From Bacteroidota bacterium (GTDB taxonomy: Bacteria > Bacteroidota > Ignavibacteria > UBA10030 > SZUA-254), in NCBI GenBank assembly GCA_035524335.1, contig DATKPE010000003.1:2902-66901 (forward strand): 64,000 nt of DNA. Reading direction: 5' to 3'. Shown piece after piece: positions 8,347 to 17,499 of the stretch. Made by a program: the position numbers and the translations under genes. Each line of letters opens with the position of its first letter. The stretch's first letter is position 1. The notes beneath the pieces are model-generated. The model ran no database searches. It saw only the letters and a program-made list of their open reading frames with translations, and had not been told where the DNA came from.

Positions 8347-10503
8347 CTACTGCTTTCCCGGAAAATAATACTTCCGGGAGTACTCCATCACCATCCGGTG
8401 CGTGTTATAAACTGGTATGATGGTCTGGAGAGCGCTCCTGACCCTCGCAATCCATTTCTTCGGAATCCCGGATTTATCGGTATCGTAGAACGCAGGGATG
8501 AGATCCTTACTGAGAACGGTGTAGAGAGCGTCTGCGTCCCGTTTGTCGATCTCTTCCTGGGTCATCCCTTCATCCGATTTTGCCCCGAACGCCCAGCCGT
8601 TCTTGCCGTTGTAGGCCTCCGCCCACCAGCCGTCCAGGATACTGCAGTGCAGTCCGAGATTGATGGCGATCTTTTCCCCGCTCGTGCCGCTCGCTTCGAG
8701 CGGCCGCCGCGGTGTATTCAGCCAGACGTCACAGCCCGACACGAGCGTGCGCGCGACGTTCATGTCGTAATTCTCGACAAAGACGACCTTGCCGTGGAAG
8801 GGATGATCCTTGGTAATCTCGATGATTTTCCGGAGAAACGCTTTTCCGTCGCTGTCGCGCGGATGGGCTTTACCGGCAAAGATCAGCTGGAGCGGACGCT
8901 GGGGATCGTTGAAGAGATCGATGGCCCGCTGGAGGTTGGAAAAAATGAGCGGCGCCCGTTTATACGGTGCAAACCGCCGTGCATATCCGATCGTGAGCGC
9001 ATCGAAGGAAAAAAGGTGATACAGTGCATCGTGACCCGTCACGGCGCCGACCGTCATCTGCCGCGCGGCGCGGGTCCGCAGAAATTCGAGCATCTGCCGC
9101 CTCAGCTGATAGCGGAGCGACCAGAGTTCCTCATCCGACACAATCGTCGGATCTGCGACATGGTGCCAGAATTTTTCGTCGTGCAGGTGTTCCTTCCATC
9201 CGTGGGAATTATGGCGCTCCCAGAAGTCCCATGAGGTGCGCGATGCCCAGGTCGGGATATGGACGCCGTTGGTGATATACCCGATCGGGACGGCACTCGT
9301 CCCGAGGGAGGGATAGAGATCCTTCCACATCTCCCGGGACACCTCGCCGTGGATCCTGCTCACGCCGTTCGCTCCCCGGGATAATTTCAGGCCGAGGACG
9401 GTCATGGTGAATTCGCCCGGGTCTTTCTCGCCGGGGATGTTGCCGTATGCCATGAGGTCCGCGATCGTCAGTTCCATCGCCTCGGCGTACGGTTTCATGG
9501 TGAATTCGAACAGGTCGGTCGGGAACCGGTCATGCCCTGCGGGGACCGGGGTATGGGTCGTGAAGATGCACTGTCCGCGGACCTTCTTTTCGGCCGCACT
9601 CTTCCGTTCACCCCGATCGAGTTGTTCGCGGAGGAGTTCCAGCGTCAGAAATGCCGCATGTCCCTCGTTCATATGAAACACCGTCGGGGAGAGTCCGAGG
9701 GCGCGGATGAACCGGACGCCGCCGATGCCGAGGACGATTTCCTGGCGAATGCGGGTGTTCATGTCGCCGCCGTAGGCGAGCCCGGTGAGGCCGCGGAAAT
9801 CGGTGTCGTTGTTCGGGACGTCGGTATCGAGAAGATAGACGGTCGAGCGTCCGACTTCAACCTTCCAGCCCTGAAAATATACGATGCTGTTCCCGATGGC
9901 CACATTGCAGAGCACCGGCTTTCCCGCCTTGTTCGTCACCAGCTCGACCGGGACGGTGGCCGGATTGGTGGAAGGATAGTGCTCCACCTGCATGCCGTTC
10001 TGGTCGACTTTCTGCTGGAAATATCCCTGGCGGTAAAACAATCCGATCCCGACAAACGGGATTGCAAGATCGCTCGCCGATTTTACATGATCCCCGGCAA
10101 GAATGCCGAGTCCCCCCGAATAGAACGGGAGACATTCATGGAAACCGAACTCCGCGCAGAAGTAGGCAACGAGATCGTTCTTTCCGATGTGGGTATGTTC
10201 CCGGCGGACAACCGGCGTCTGCCGCATGTACTCCTGAAATGTCGCGACTGCATGGACAACCCTGTCGAAGAACGCCTTATCGCCGAGACGTGCCGTAAGT
10301 TCCGACTCTGAAACTTCCGCCAGAACGGCAACCGGGTTGTGATTGGAATTCTCCCACAACAGGGGAGAAAGCTCCTCGAACACCCTCTGCGCCGGGGGAT
10401 TCCAGCTCCACCACAGATTCCGCGCCAGACTGTGGAGGTGTGTGATGAGATCGGGACTCCGGGGCGCCGCCCCGTCCCTGGATTTCGCTGTCTGCTTGCT
10501 CAT
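8347..10503 (-). CDS. glgP: Alpha-glucan phosphorylase (GT35, DUF3417-type N-terminus)
   Basis: Track ORF trimmed to ATG 10503 (MSKQTAKS). N-terminal LARNLWWSWNP signature. The PLP-lysine region reads EASGTSGEKIAINLG. Convergent with GH31, with only a 7-nt gap. Confidence 0.9.
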   Translation of the reverse strand: MSKQTAKSRDGAAPRSPDLITHLHSLARNLWWSWNPPAQRVFEELSPLLWENSNHNPVAVLAEVSESELTARLGDKAFFDRVVHAVATFQEYMRQTPVVRREHTHIGKNDLVAYFCAEFGFHECLPFYSGGLGILAGDHVKSASDLAIPFVGIGLFYRQGYFQQKVDQNGMQVEHYPSTNPATVPVELVTNKAGKPVLCNVAIGNSIVYFQGWKVEVGRSTVYLLDTDVPNNDTDFRGLTGLAYGGDMNTRIRQEIVLGIGGVRFIRALGLSPTVFHMNEGHAAFLTLELLREQLDRGERKSAAEKKVRGQCIFTTHTPVPAGHDRFPTDLFEFTMKPYAEAMELTIADLMAYGNIPGEKDPGEFTMTVLGLKLSRGANGVSRIHGEVSREMWKDLYPSLGTSAVPIGYITNGVHIPTWASRTSWDFWERHNSHGWKEHLHDEKFWHHVADPTIVSDEELWSLRYQLRRQMLEFLRTRAARQMTVGAVTGHDALYHLFSFDALTIGYARRFAPYKRAPLIFSNLQRAIDLFNDPQRPLQLIFAGKAHPRDSDGKAFLRKIIEITKDHPFHGKVVFVENYDMNVARTLVSGCDVWLNTPRRPLEASGTSGEKIAINLGLHCSILDGWWAEAYNGKNGWAFGAKSDEGMTQEEIDKRDADALYTVLSKDLIPAFYDTDKSGIPKKWIARVRSALQTIIPVYNTHRMVMEYSRKYYFPGKQ

Positions 10504-10734
10504 TGTCGGCTCGTATTGTTGAAATAATGTCGACAAATGTATAAAAAATAAATTGATTCTCAAAGCGTACCGCACGACCAGACGGAACGCGGGTTCCAGG
10601 GACCTCCATCCTTCTTGGTCTTGCGGATTATTTTTTGTACGTTCGGTGAGTGAAACGATCCTTTTGCTCCGTGGAGTTCATTCCCCGACCCGCGCGCGGT
10701 TTCTTTTCCCGCGCCGGCATCCCATGACCCGCAG

Positions 10735-12195
10735 ATGATCTCCCCTCTCACGCTCCTCAGGCGAAACATCTACGGGTGCACCGTCGCCTGTCTCTCCCTG
10801 ATCGCCCTCCTCCTCAGACTCTATCAGCTCGATGCACAGAGTCTCTGGAACGATGAGATGTTCACCATGCAGGTTGCCGGGCTCCCCTTCGGCGGTATCC
10901 GGGAATGTCTGAGTGTCTCGTACCATCATCCGCCGCTCTTTTTTTACGCCACGGCCGCGGTCATCCGCTGGCTCGGCACGTCGGCCTGGTCGCTCCGGCT
11001 TCTTCCGGCCCTGTGCGGCGCCGCAACCGTCCCGCTTCTCGCCGTTCTCGGAGACAGGCTGTACCGCCGGCCGGCCGGCCTCCTCGCCGGACTGATCTGC
11101 CTCGTGTCGCCGTTCCATCTCGCCTATTCCCAGGAGGCCAGACCGTATGCGCTTGCGGGTTTCCTCGCCCTTCTCAGCGCCGGACTCTTTCTTCTCCTCC
11201 GCCGCAGGTGGAGCACCTCCTCCGCGGTCGGGCTCCTCCTTGCAGACATCGCGCTCCTCTATTCCCACCACTGGGGAGTTTTCGTCGTCGCCGCTGAGGC
11301 TCTCATCGCCTTTCTTGTCCCGTCCGGGGAGCCGAAATTCCGGAACCGGTTCGCGCTTCTGCTCACCGGAACAGTATTGTTGTATCTCCCCGGAATTTCC
11401 CTGGCGGCGCATCAGGCCGGCACCGGAATGCATGACGGATGGACCTGGGTCGATCCGCCCGGACCCATGAACCTGATCAACACCTTCCGGGCCTTCAGCG
11501 GCAGTTATTTCAGGATGGCCACGTCCGTCTTCATGACGGGAGGACCGATCGGAACGGTCGCAATGGGATCGCTTCTCATTCTCCTCGGGACCGCTATCCT
11601 CCCCCTCCTGCGCGGGCAGGCCGCATACCTGGTTCCCGGTGCATTGCTCCTCCTCCTGATTCTGCTTCTGCCCTTCGGCGTGTCGTTCTTCCGGCCGGAG
11701 ATTTTTGTCTGGTTCCGGTACACCTTCATCGCCTTCCCCCTTTTCTGCCTCCTCCTCGGTGCGATCGCGGCAGAGGCCCGGTCTCCCGGAGCGGCTGCGG
11801 CGTCCCTGTTTGTTTTTCTGCTGACGGAGGGATTCGGGACAACGATTTATTTCAGCGGGTGGAGCAAGAGCAATGTGCAGGAGGTCTGCGATTATGTCGC
11901 CTCAACGGCCCCTCCGGAGACGGATTTCATCATCCGGCCTGCATCGTTCGCGCCGTTGTTCGGTTATTACTACCGCGGGCGAATTCCGCAGACCGACGAG
12001 GCGTACCTCGACCAGCCGCTCGGCGAAGTTGTCGATACCGCCCGGTCCTTTGTCTACGTTTCGCTCGATGTACCGAACCCGATCCGGGATTACATGAACG
12101 GGCATTTCCGGATCGTCGCCCGGCGTCTGTTTCCCGGAGAGGCACATCTCGGATGGTGGGTGTGCATCTACGCACAGCCTCCCGACAGCGATTGA
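10735..12195 (+). CDS. GT39/ArnT-like polytopic membrane glycosyltransferase (PMT_2-type)
   Basis: 486 aa with about 11 predicted TM segments. The first-loop acidic motif is typical of ArnT/PMT-like GT-C enzymes (LRLYQLDAQSLWNDEMF). There is a soluble C-terminal domain. Confidence 0.7.
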   Translation: MISPLTLLRRNIYGCTVACLSLIALLLRLYQLDAQSLWNDEMFTMQVAGLPFGGIRECLSVSYHHPPLFFYATAAVIRWLGTSAWSLRLLPALCGAATVPLLAVLGDRLYRRPAGLLAGLICLVSPFHLAYSQEARPYALAGFLALLSAGLFLLLRRRWSTSSAVGLLLADIALLYSHHWGVFVVAAEALIAFLVPSGEPKFRNRFALLLTGTVLLYLPGISLAAHQAGTGMHDGWTWVDPPGPMNLINTFRAFSGSYFRMATSVFMTGGPIGTVAMGSLLILLGTAILPLLRGQAAYLVPGALLLLLILLLPFGVSFFRPEIFVWFRYTFIAFPLFCLLLGAIAAEARSPGAAAASLFVFLLTEGFGTTIYFSGWSKSNVQEVCDYVASTAPPETDFIIRPASFAPLFGYYYRGRIPQTDEAYLDQPLGEVVDTARSFVYVSLDVPNPIRDYMNGHFRIVARRLFPGEAHLGWWVCIYAQPPDSD

Positions 12196-12201
12196 CGCGG
12201 G

Positions 12202-13482
12202 TTACTTCACGTTCGGCTGGACATCAAACCTCACCGTCTTCACCCACGTCCGTTTTTCCTTTTTGATCAGATCCAGATAGATCGCTTTTCCGACGATGTA
12301 GATCCAGAACTGACAGTAGGTGAAATACATGACGAAGGTGAGGAGCACATTCTTCGTTTTGTCCTCCCGGTCGTAGGACAATGCGAGGAGGATTTCGAGG
12401 TGAAAGAGAACGAGGGCCACGAGCCAGACCGTGGTGTACGGTCCCGGAAGCGTGATGGAGACGACGTTGAAGAGGCCGAGGAGAAAGAGGGCGTCCGAAC
12501 TGACGATCGCGACGAGAAACACGTAATAGAGCGAGAGGAGGTAGAGGAGTTCGACGGCGAGAAACTTGTTCTTGAAGGCCGATATTTCCCTGATGAATTT
12601 TTTCCCGACGTAATTGTTGCCCCGCACCCAGCGGGTCCGCTGTTTGATCCAGACCTTCCATGATTCCGGTTCCTGTTCGTAGGTGACCGAATACGGAACG
12701 AACTTGATGCGGAATCCCTCCATGTAGATCCGGATCGAGAGCTCCGAATCTTCCGTGATCGCGTCCTCGTCCCACCCCTTCAGCTTGTCGAGCAGTTCGC
12801 GCCGGATGACGAGATTCGTTCCCGGAAGGGTCGAGATCTTGAAGAGGAGCCATCGGCCCGCCTGAAGCATGTTCTGAAAGCTGAGCGTCTCGATGTTGAT
12901 GAAGCGTGTGAGGAAGTTCCTGTTTTTATTGACGGTGCGGAATTTTCCGAGGACCCCGCCGAGGGATGGGTCAATGAGAAGCTGGGCCATCAGATACTTG
13001 AGCGCGTGCGGATGGGGCGTGTTGTCCGCATCATAGACGGCGATGAAGCGCGCGTCGGTCTGACGGAGACCGATGTTCAGTGCGCGTGATTTTCCCTTCC
13101 CCCCCTCGCCCTGCGGGACATTGTAGAGCCGGACGCGCGGATCGCGCCGTGCGAACTCCGCGACGATATCCGCCGTGCCGTCGGTCGATCCGTCGTTGAT
13201 CACCAGGATGTCGAGGCACTCGGGGGGATATTCCAGACGGGTCATTGCATCGACCGTATAGCCGATCACCTTTTCCTCGTTGTGGGCGGGGATGAGGACC
13301 GAAACTTTCGGATACTCGAAGGTCATTCCGTCGATCCGCTTTTTTTCCTTCCGGGAGTTCCGGTAATGAAAGAAGCCCGCCAGCGTCAGAATCAGCTGGT
13401 AGGCGATCATGAACCAGATCATGATGACCGAAATGAGGAAAACGATGCTGAGATCAAGTTCGAGAAGCGACTGGCTGGGCAT
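12202..13482 (-). CDS. Processive family-2 glycosyltransferase (PgaC/YdaM/cellulose-synthase-like polysaccharide synthase)
   Basis: Track ORF trimmed to ATG 13482, 2 nt after the upstream stop. A GT-A domain is flanked by TM helices. Motifs: VSVLIPAHNEE, VINDGSTDGT, AVYDADN, and QRTRWVRGN (QxxRW). Confidence 0.85.
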   Translation of the reverse strand: MPSQSLLELDLSIVFLISVIMIWFMIAYQLILTLAGFFHYRNSRKEKKRIDGMTFEYPKVSVLIPAHNEEKVIGYTVDAMTRLEYPPECLDILVINDGSTDGTADIVAEFARRDPRVRLYNVPQGEGGKGKSRALNIGLRQTDARFIAVYDADNTPHPHALKYLMAQLLIDPSLGGVLGKFRTVNKNRNFLTRFINIETLSFQNMLQAGRWLLFKISTLPGTNLVIRRELLDKLKGWDEDAITEDSELSIRIYMEGFRIKFVPYSVTYEQEPESWKVWIKQRTRWVRGNNYVGKKFIREISAFKNKFLAVELLYLLSLYYVFLVAIVSSDALFLLGLFNVVSITLPGPYTTVWLVALVLFHLEILLALSYDREDKTKNVLLTFVMYFTYCQFWIYIVGKAIYLDLIKKEKRTWVKTVRFDVQPNVK

Positions 13483-13484
13483 GG

Positions 13485-16400
13485 TCAGGCAAGATCGTCG
13501 TGTGAGCGGGATAACCGGACGACGGAATAGAATGTCAGCAGCGCCGCTCCGGAGAGCATGCCGAATCCGACAATGATCCAGGACGACCAGAAGCTGGTAA
13601 TGTCGACGCCGTACGAAACGCTGGTCTCCAGCACCGCGATGACGGTATGGGATCCGGGGGGAAAGATCAGACTGAACCGGCGATATCCCTCCAGCGGTTC
13701 GGCGGTGATTTCCTTTCCGTCGAGAAAGACCGCGAACGGCCGGTGGCTGAAGGATGCGATACAGCGGGTGGAGGACCAATAGCCGAAATTGACGCTCCGG
13801 CTGGAGGTGGTCAGACTGGTCAGTCTGCCCGTGATCGACAGCAGTTTTCCCCCGGTCGGCCGGGAAGAAAATGGATCACCGGCGTGCAGTTCCGCCGTCA
13901 GGGTATGTTCCCCGGGGGGTATGAGAAATGAACCGCGGTCCGACGTGATCCGGTCCCCCGTTTCCATTCTGAGCGCGGCATAGGCGGGTGAAAGCTCCAT
14001 CACCACAGGGAAGGGCGAGCTGAGGCGCCAGCCGCCCGGGATCCGGAGGAGCTTCGCACGGGCGGATGCGGCATAGGGAATCATCCGGAGATCCTGCGGG
14101 CGGACGCTCGATTCGGAATAGACGGAAAACCGGTCTGCGCCGAGCGCGGCGGCATGGGCAAGCTGATACGCCTCGATGCCGGTCTGGACGAGGGTCGGAA
14201 ACGCCGTTTCCTTCTTCTCGGGCCGGTAGGAAAGAATATTGAGATCGAGCATGAAATCCTTCCCGGGAAGAATCAGCGTCCGGTACCGCTGTCCCATCGC
14301 ATTGTACCGGCGGGGATCCTTATCCCATTCCGACTGCGGGTCCTCCACCTGGAGCGTAAAATTGTACCTCCCCATGAGCTGGATGATGCGGGAGATGTCG
14401 ACGCCGTGATTCGGCCGGAGCTTCGGACTGCCGAGGTTGTCCATCGCCGTCACGATGATATCGAGGTGCGGTTTGGCGGCCCTCAGCTGGGTGAGCATCT
14501 GGAGAAATTCCTCATGAAGGCGGGTGAGGACATCGACGCGGAAATCCTCGAACTGTTTCCACGCCACCGGGTTCGTCTTCCAGAACGAGGGCGAGAGCGG
14601 ATCGAGGATCTGCGCCGGGTCATACCCGTACTTCTTCCGGAAGAGCTCGCGGGCGGAAGGATGCATGGGCGTCAGCAGTTTCGGATCGCGCGGGCCGTCG
14701 CCCGCGTCGAAATAGAGTTCCGCGATGTTGACCCCGTCCCAGTCGTATTTCCGGAGAAAATCGGTAAAGACGTTCTTCACCGCCGCGAGACACTCGGGAC
14801 TGGTCAGGGCGACGGGATACCTCCATGAGGGCCGGATCGCCTCCCCCTTGTAATTCTGCTCCTGCCATTCCGGATGCTCCGTCCAGAATTTTTCCGAAAC
14901 CTGCGGAGGGTCGAGCCAGGCGTAGACGAGAATGCCGTTTGCGTGACAGAGGGAGATCAGCCTGCCGTAGTTGTAGGTCCAGGTCGGATACTGGTGCCAG
15001 CCGACCACGTGGACGATCCGGACACCGTCGGCGGTCCAGCGTTTGACGAGATCCTCGATGCTCATGTTGTGCCGGTATCCGTCGTCGAAATAGACTTCCA
15101 GATTGTCGCGGCGGAGTATCGGGGCAAGAAGGAAATATTTCCGGATATATTCGAATAGGTAGGGGAACCGGCTGTACCCGCCGTTGCTCACCGGATCGAA
15201 CCTGATTCCGAAATAGATGAATTTCCCCTTCCCGTAGGTCCGCCCCATCACGACCGGCGCATCGGTCTTTTCATCGGCGCAGAAGACTTCATCCGATCGT
15301 TCGACATCGAACCGACTCATGATGTCGGATCTGTTGAGCACAAGAGGATCCTCGGGAAACAGACGGTCGCGCATCCGTTCGATCTTGATCGTACTGCTGG
15401 CAAATTTCACCCCGAGCTCTTCCGCAAGACCGTTCTTGCCGTCCGTGATCAGATTTCCACCGTTCTCGAGGAACAGCACCACCTTGTCATAATCGGTGTT
15501 GGCAAGATGTTCCACCGTGTTATACGGAACGATCAGCAGGTTATACGGGGTAAGATCGGCGATCGAATCCCCCGCCATGGTATCGACCTGAATATTGAGG
15601 GAATTGAATGCGGACGCAAAGCTGGCCTGGTCGTTCGCCGCGGCGCCGCGGAGATGCCTGTCCCAGACCAGCGCGACCCTCGCCTCCGAGAGCGATCGTT
15701 CACCGGCGAACATGTTCTCCCAGAGCGATTTCACCTGGAGCGACATGTTTTCAGCGAACCCGAGTTCCGTCTGGCGGTATTCCGACGGCTCGGCAATATA
15801 GATCTGTCCGTCGGGAACCGAGACGAACTTCTGCACCGCGCCCGAGATGCGGTCCTTCGATATTTCCCAGCGGTCGACCTTCCCATCCGGCCTCAGCCAC
15901 GTCTCCCGCAGATACTGCCCGTCCAGCCGGAGCGTAATCGAATCGTCCCCGGTGGCGACGATATGGTCCGGAAGGTGAACGACATTGTTTTCATTCTTCA
16001 CATCCATGAAGGTGTACCCGAGATCCTGGATGCTGTCGACATATTCCTCCATGTAGCGCTGATCGATGAAGGGATGGATGAAGCAGGAGGCGAAGCCGTC
16101 GCGGACATTCAGCTGAGCGCGGGCCCCGCGGATCAGCGCATGGACGGCTTTCTCCTCCACATCGGCATTGCTGTCGAGGGGAATGTAGCCGAGATTCTCC
16201 GGCAGAATCCGCTGTCCGAAGAGATCCTTTTCGATGATATAGGGAAAATACTGGCTGTAATCGGAGTTATCGATGACGAGCCGCTGTTCCATCGCGGTGC
16301 TGAAGAATTCCGGAAAGACGGAATAGTCGAGCTGTGAGGCGGTGTAATGCGGGGTTTCCCAGATGAGCGGAAAGATGTCGTTTTTCCAGCACTCCTCCAG

Positions 16401-17438
16401 TCCCGCCCGGAGCTTCTTCTCGACGTACTCGCGCGAATCGTTCTTGATCTTTTTATCCAGACTTCCGTCCCAGAATTCATAATCGGTCGCCGTCACACCG
16501 AGATACTGGTGCGTCTTGCCGTGCATGACGATCGTCGCACCCCGTGCGATCATATAATGAAGCGCATCGACGAATTCGGGTTTGTCCGAGAGGCTCAGGC
16601 GGATATCCTGGCCCGGATCGACAAAAAACGGGATGATTCCGACCAGAAACGGTATATGTTTCGAATACAAAAGGTCGGCGATGTCCCGGAGACGGGAGGG
16701 ATTTTCAAACACATCGACATCCTCGATGCGCAGGAGCGCCCGGTGACTTTCCTCATGCTGCTCGCCCAGGATGTCGTGCAGAAGGTCGGCGAAATAGATG
16801 TACCGGTCGGTTTCGGTTGCCGAGGCGAAGGGTGAATCCGCAAAATAGAGAAAATTTCCGCTCCGGATGAAATACGGGTACTCGCGCCGGGCCGTGGACG
16901 AGTAGGCGGTTGCCACAAGCTCCGCTTTTTTCGGATTTGTGACCGAGATCAGGTTGAGATTCGGCTCCCCTTTGGTGAACGTTTTTTTCCCGACCCGGAC
17001 GAAATCGAAATGCATGAGGGAATCGAATGTCACAAAACTGAATCCGTATTTTGCCGGCAGATCGTACAGTCTGGCGAAGCGGTCAATTCCCGTGTTCATC
17101 CAGATGACCTGCTTTGCCGTTCCGGCGATGTCGCGCATGAACCGTTCGGGAGGATCGCAGTGTTTCGTGAAACCGATGAAGAAGACGATATCGTATCCGT
17201 TCAATTCGCCCTGGGCATAGGCATCGACGCCCTTGATGCGGAACGAAGCGGTGAAATGCCCCATGAGCATGCCAAGCTGACGCGCATCCCCGCGGGCCAT
17301 ATTGGACGGGACATCGCTCCCTTCGAAGAGAATGAGCACCTTTTTCGGTGCCGGCGGAGGGGCAGTTCCCCCCTGTCGGGGGAAACAGTTCCCTGCGGCG
17401 AGGAGAACGATGAGGAATATCTGAATGAGACGGTTCAT
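13485..17438 (-). CDS. 1317-aa secreted/anchored exopolysaccharide-processing fusion protein (DUF2334 deacetylase-like plus GH-like TIM-barrel region plus C-terminal TM anchor)
   Basis: Track ORF trimmed to ATG 17438 (MNRLIQIFLIVLLAAGNCF signal), just downstream of a sigma70-like promoter. A DUF2334/PgaB-YdaL-like stretch is present: LLRIEDVDVFENPSRLRDIADLLYSKHIPFLVGIIPFFVDPG...IVMHGKTHQY. A GH-like stretch follows: VHVVGWHQYPTWTYNYGRLISLCHANGILVYAWLDPPQVSEKFWTEHPEWQ...WDGVNIAELYFDAG. The C-terminal TM segment is FWSSWIIVGFGMLSGAALLTFYSVV. Domain names come from memory of family signatures. Confidence 0.65.
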   Translation of the reverse strand: MNRLIQIFLIVLLAAGNCFPRQGGTAPPPAPKKVLILFEGSDVPSNMARGDARQLGMLMGHFTASFRIKGVDAYAQGELNGYDIVFFIGFTKHCDPPERFMRDIAGTAKQVIWMNTGIDRFARLYDLPAKYGFSFVTFDSLMHFDFVRVGKKTFTKGEPNLNLISVTNPKKAELVATAYSSTARREYPYFIRSGNFLYFADSPFASATETDRYIYFADLLHDILGEQHEESHRALLRIEDVDVFENPSRLRDIADLLYSKHIPFLVGIIPFFVDPGQDIRLSLSDKPEFVDALHYMIARGATIVMHGKTHQYLGVTATDYEFWDGSLDKKIKNDSREYVEKKLRAGLEECWKNDIFPLIWETPHYTASQLDYSVFPEFFSTAMEQRLVIDNSDYSQYFPYIIEKDLFGQRILPENLGYIPLDSNADVEEKAVHALIRGARAQLNVRDGFASCFIHPFIDQRYMEEYVDSIQDLGYTFMDVKNENNVVHLPDHIVATGDDSITLRLDGQYLRETWLRPDGKVDRWEISKDRISGAVQKFVSVPDGQIYIAEPSEYRQTELGFAENMSLQVKSLWENMFAGERSLSEARVALVWDRHLRGAAANDQASFASAFNSLNIQVDTMAGDSIADLTPYNLLIVPYNTVEHLANTDYDKVVLFLENGGNLITDGKNGLAEELGVKFASSTIKIERMRDRLFPEDPLVLNRSDIMSRFDVERSDEVFCADEKTDAPVVMGRTYGKGKFIYFGIRFDPVSNGGYSRFPYLFEYIRKYFLLAPILRRDNLEVYFDDGYRHNMSIEDLVKRWTADGVRIVHVVGWHQYPTWTYNYGRLISLCHANGILVYAWLDPPQVSEKFWTEHPEWQEQNYKGEAIRPSWRYPVALTSPECLAAVKNVFTDFLRKYDWDGVNIAELYFDAGDGPRDPKLLTPMHPSARELFRKKYGYDPAQILDPLSPSFWKTNPVAWKQFEDFRVDVLTRLHEEFLQMLTQLRAAKPHLDIIVTAMDNLGSPKLRPNHGVDISRIIQLMGRYNFTLQVEDPQSEWDKDPRRYNAMGQRYRTLILPGKDFMLDLNILSYRPEKKETAFPTLVQTGIEAYQLAHAAALGADRFSVYSESSVRPQDLRMIPYAASARAKLLRIPGGWRLSSPFPVVMELSPAYAALRMETGDRITSDRGSFLIPPGEHTLTAELHAGDPFSSRPTGGKLLSITGRLTSLTTSSRSVNFGYWSSTRCIASFSHRPFAVFLDGKEITAEPLEGYRRFSLIFPPGSHTVIAVLETSVSYGVDITSFWSSWIIVGFGMLSGAALLTFYSVVRLSRSHDDLA

Positions 17439-17449
17439 CACGATAATAT

Positions 17450-17495
17450 CTTCAAAAACAAGCAGAATTATACACTTTTTGAAGGTCAAAATCAA
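17450..17495 (-). promoter_or_regulatory. Sigma70-like promoter (TTGATT-N17-TATAAT) with a perfect 9-bp dyad bracketing the -10 box, upstream of the EPS operon
   Basis: Minus strand: -35 TTGATT at 17490-17495, an exact 17-nt spacer, and consensus -10 TATAAT at 17467-17472. The inverted repeat CTTCAAAAA (17450-17458) / TTTTTGAAG (17476-17484) has a 17-nt spacer that contains the -10. The element lies 5 nt after the pepF stop and about 30 nt before ATG 17438. Confidence 0.5.
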
Positions 17496-17499
17496 ACAT

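Noticed and set aside
13483-13779. Long N-terminal extensions proposed by the ORF track. Examples: 13483-13779 for GT2, 4576-4731 for GH13, 17439-17558 for the EPS giant, 31375-31551 for hypE, 36125-36244 for hypA, 40209-40337 for xdhC, 10504-10575 for glgP and 59626-59811 for MFS2.
   Set aside because: The extensions overlap the upstream gene or a promoter and are Arg/Pro-rich without signal or motif. Internal ATGs give canonical N-termini (MHEMS for HypA, signal peptides, TM1) and sensible spacing or SD sites.
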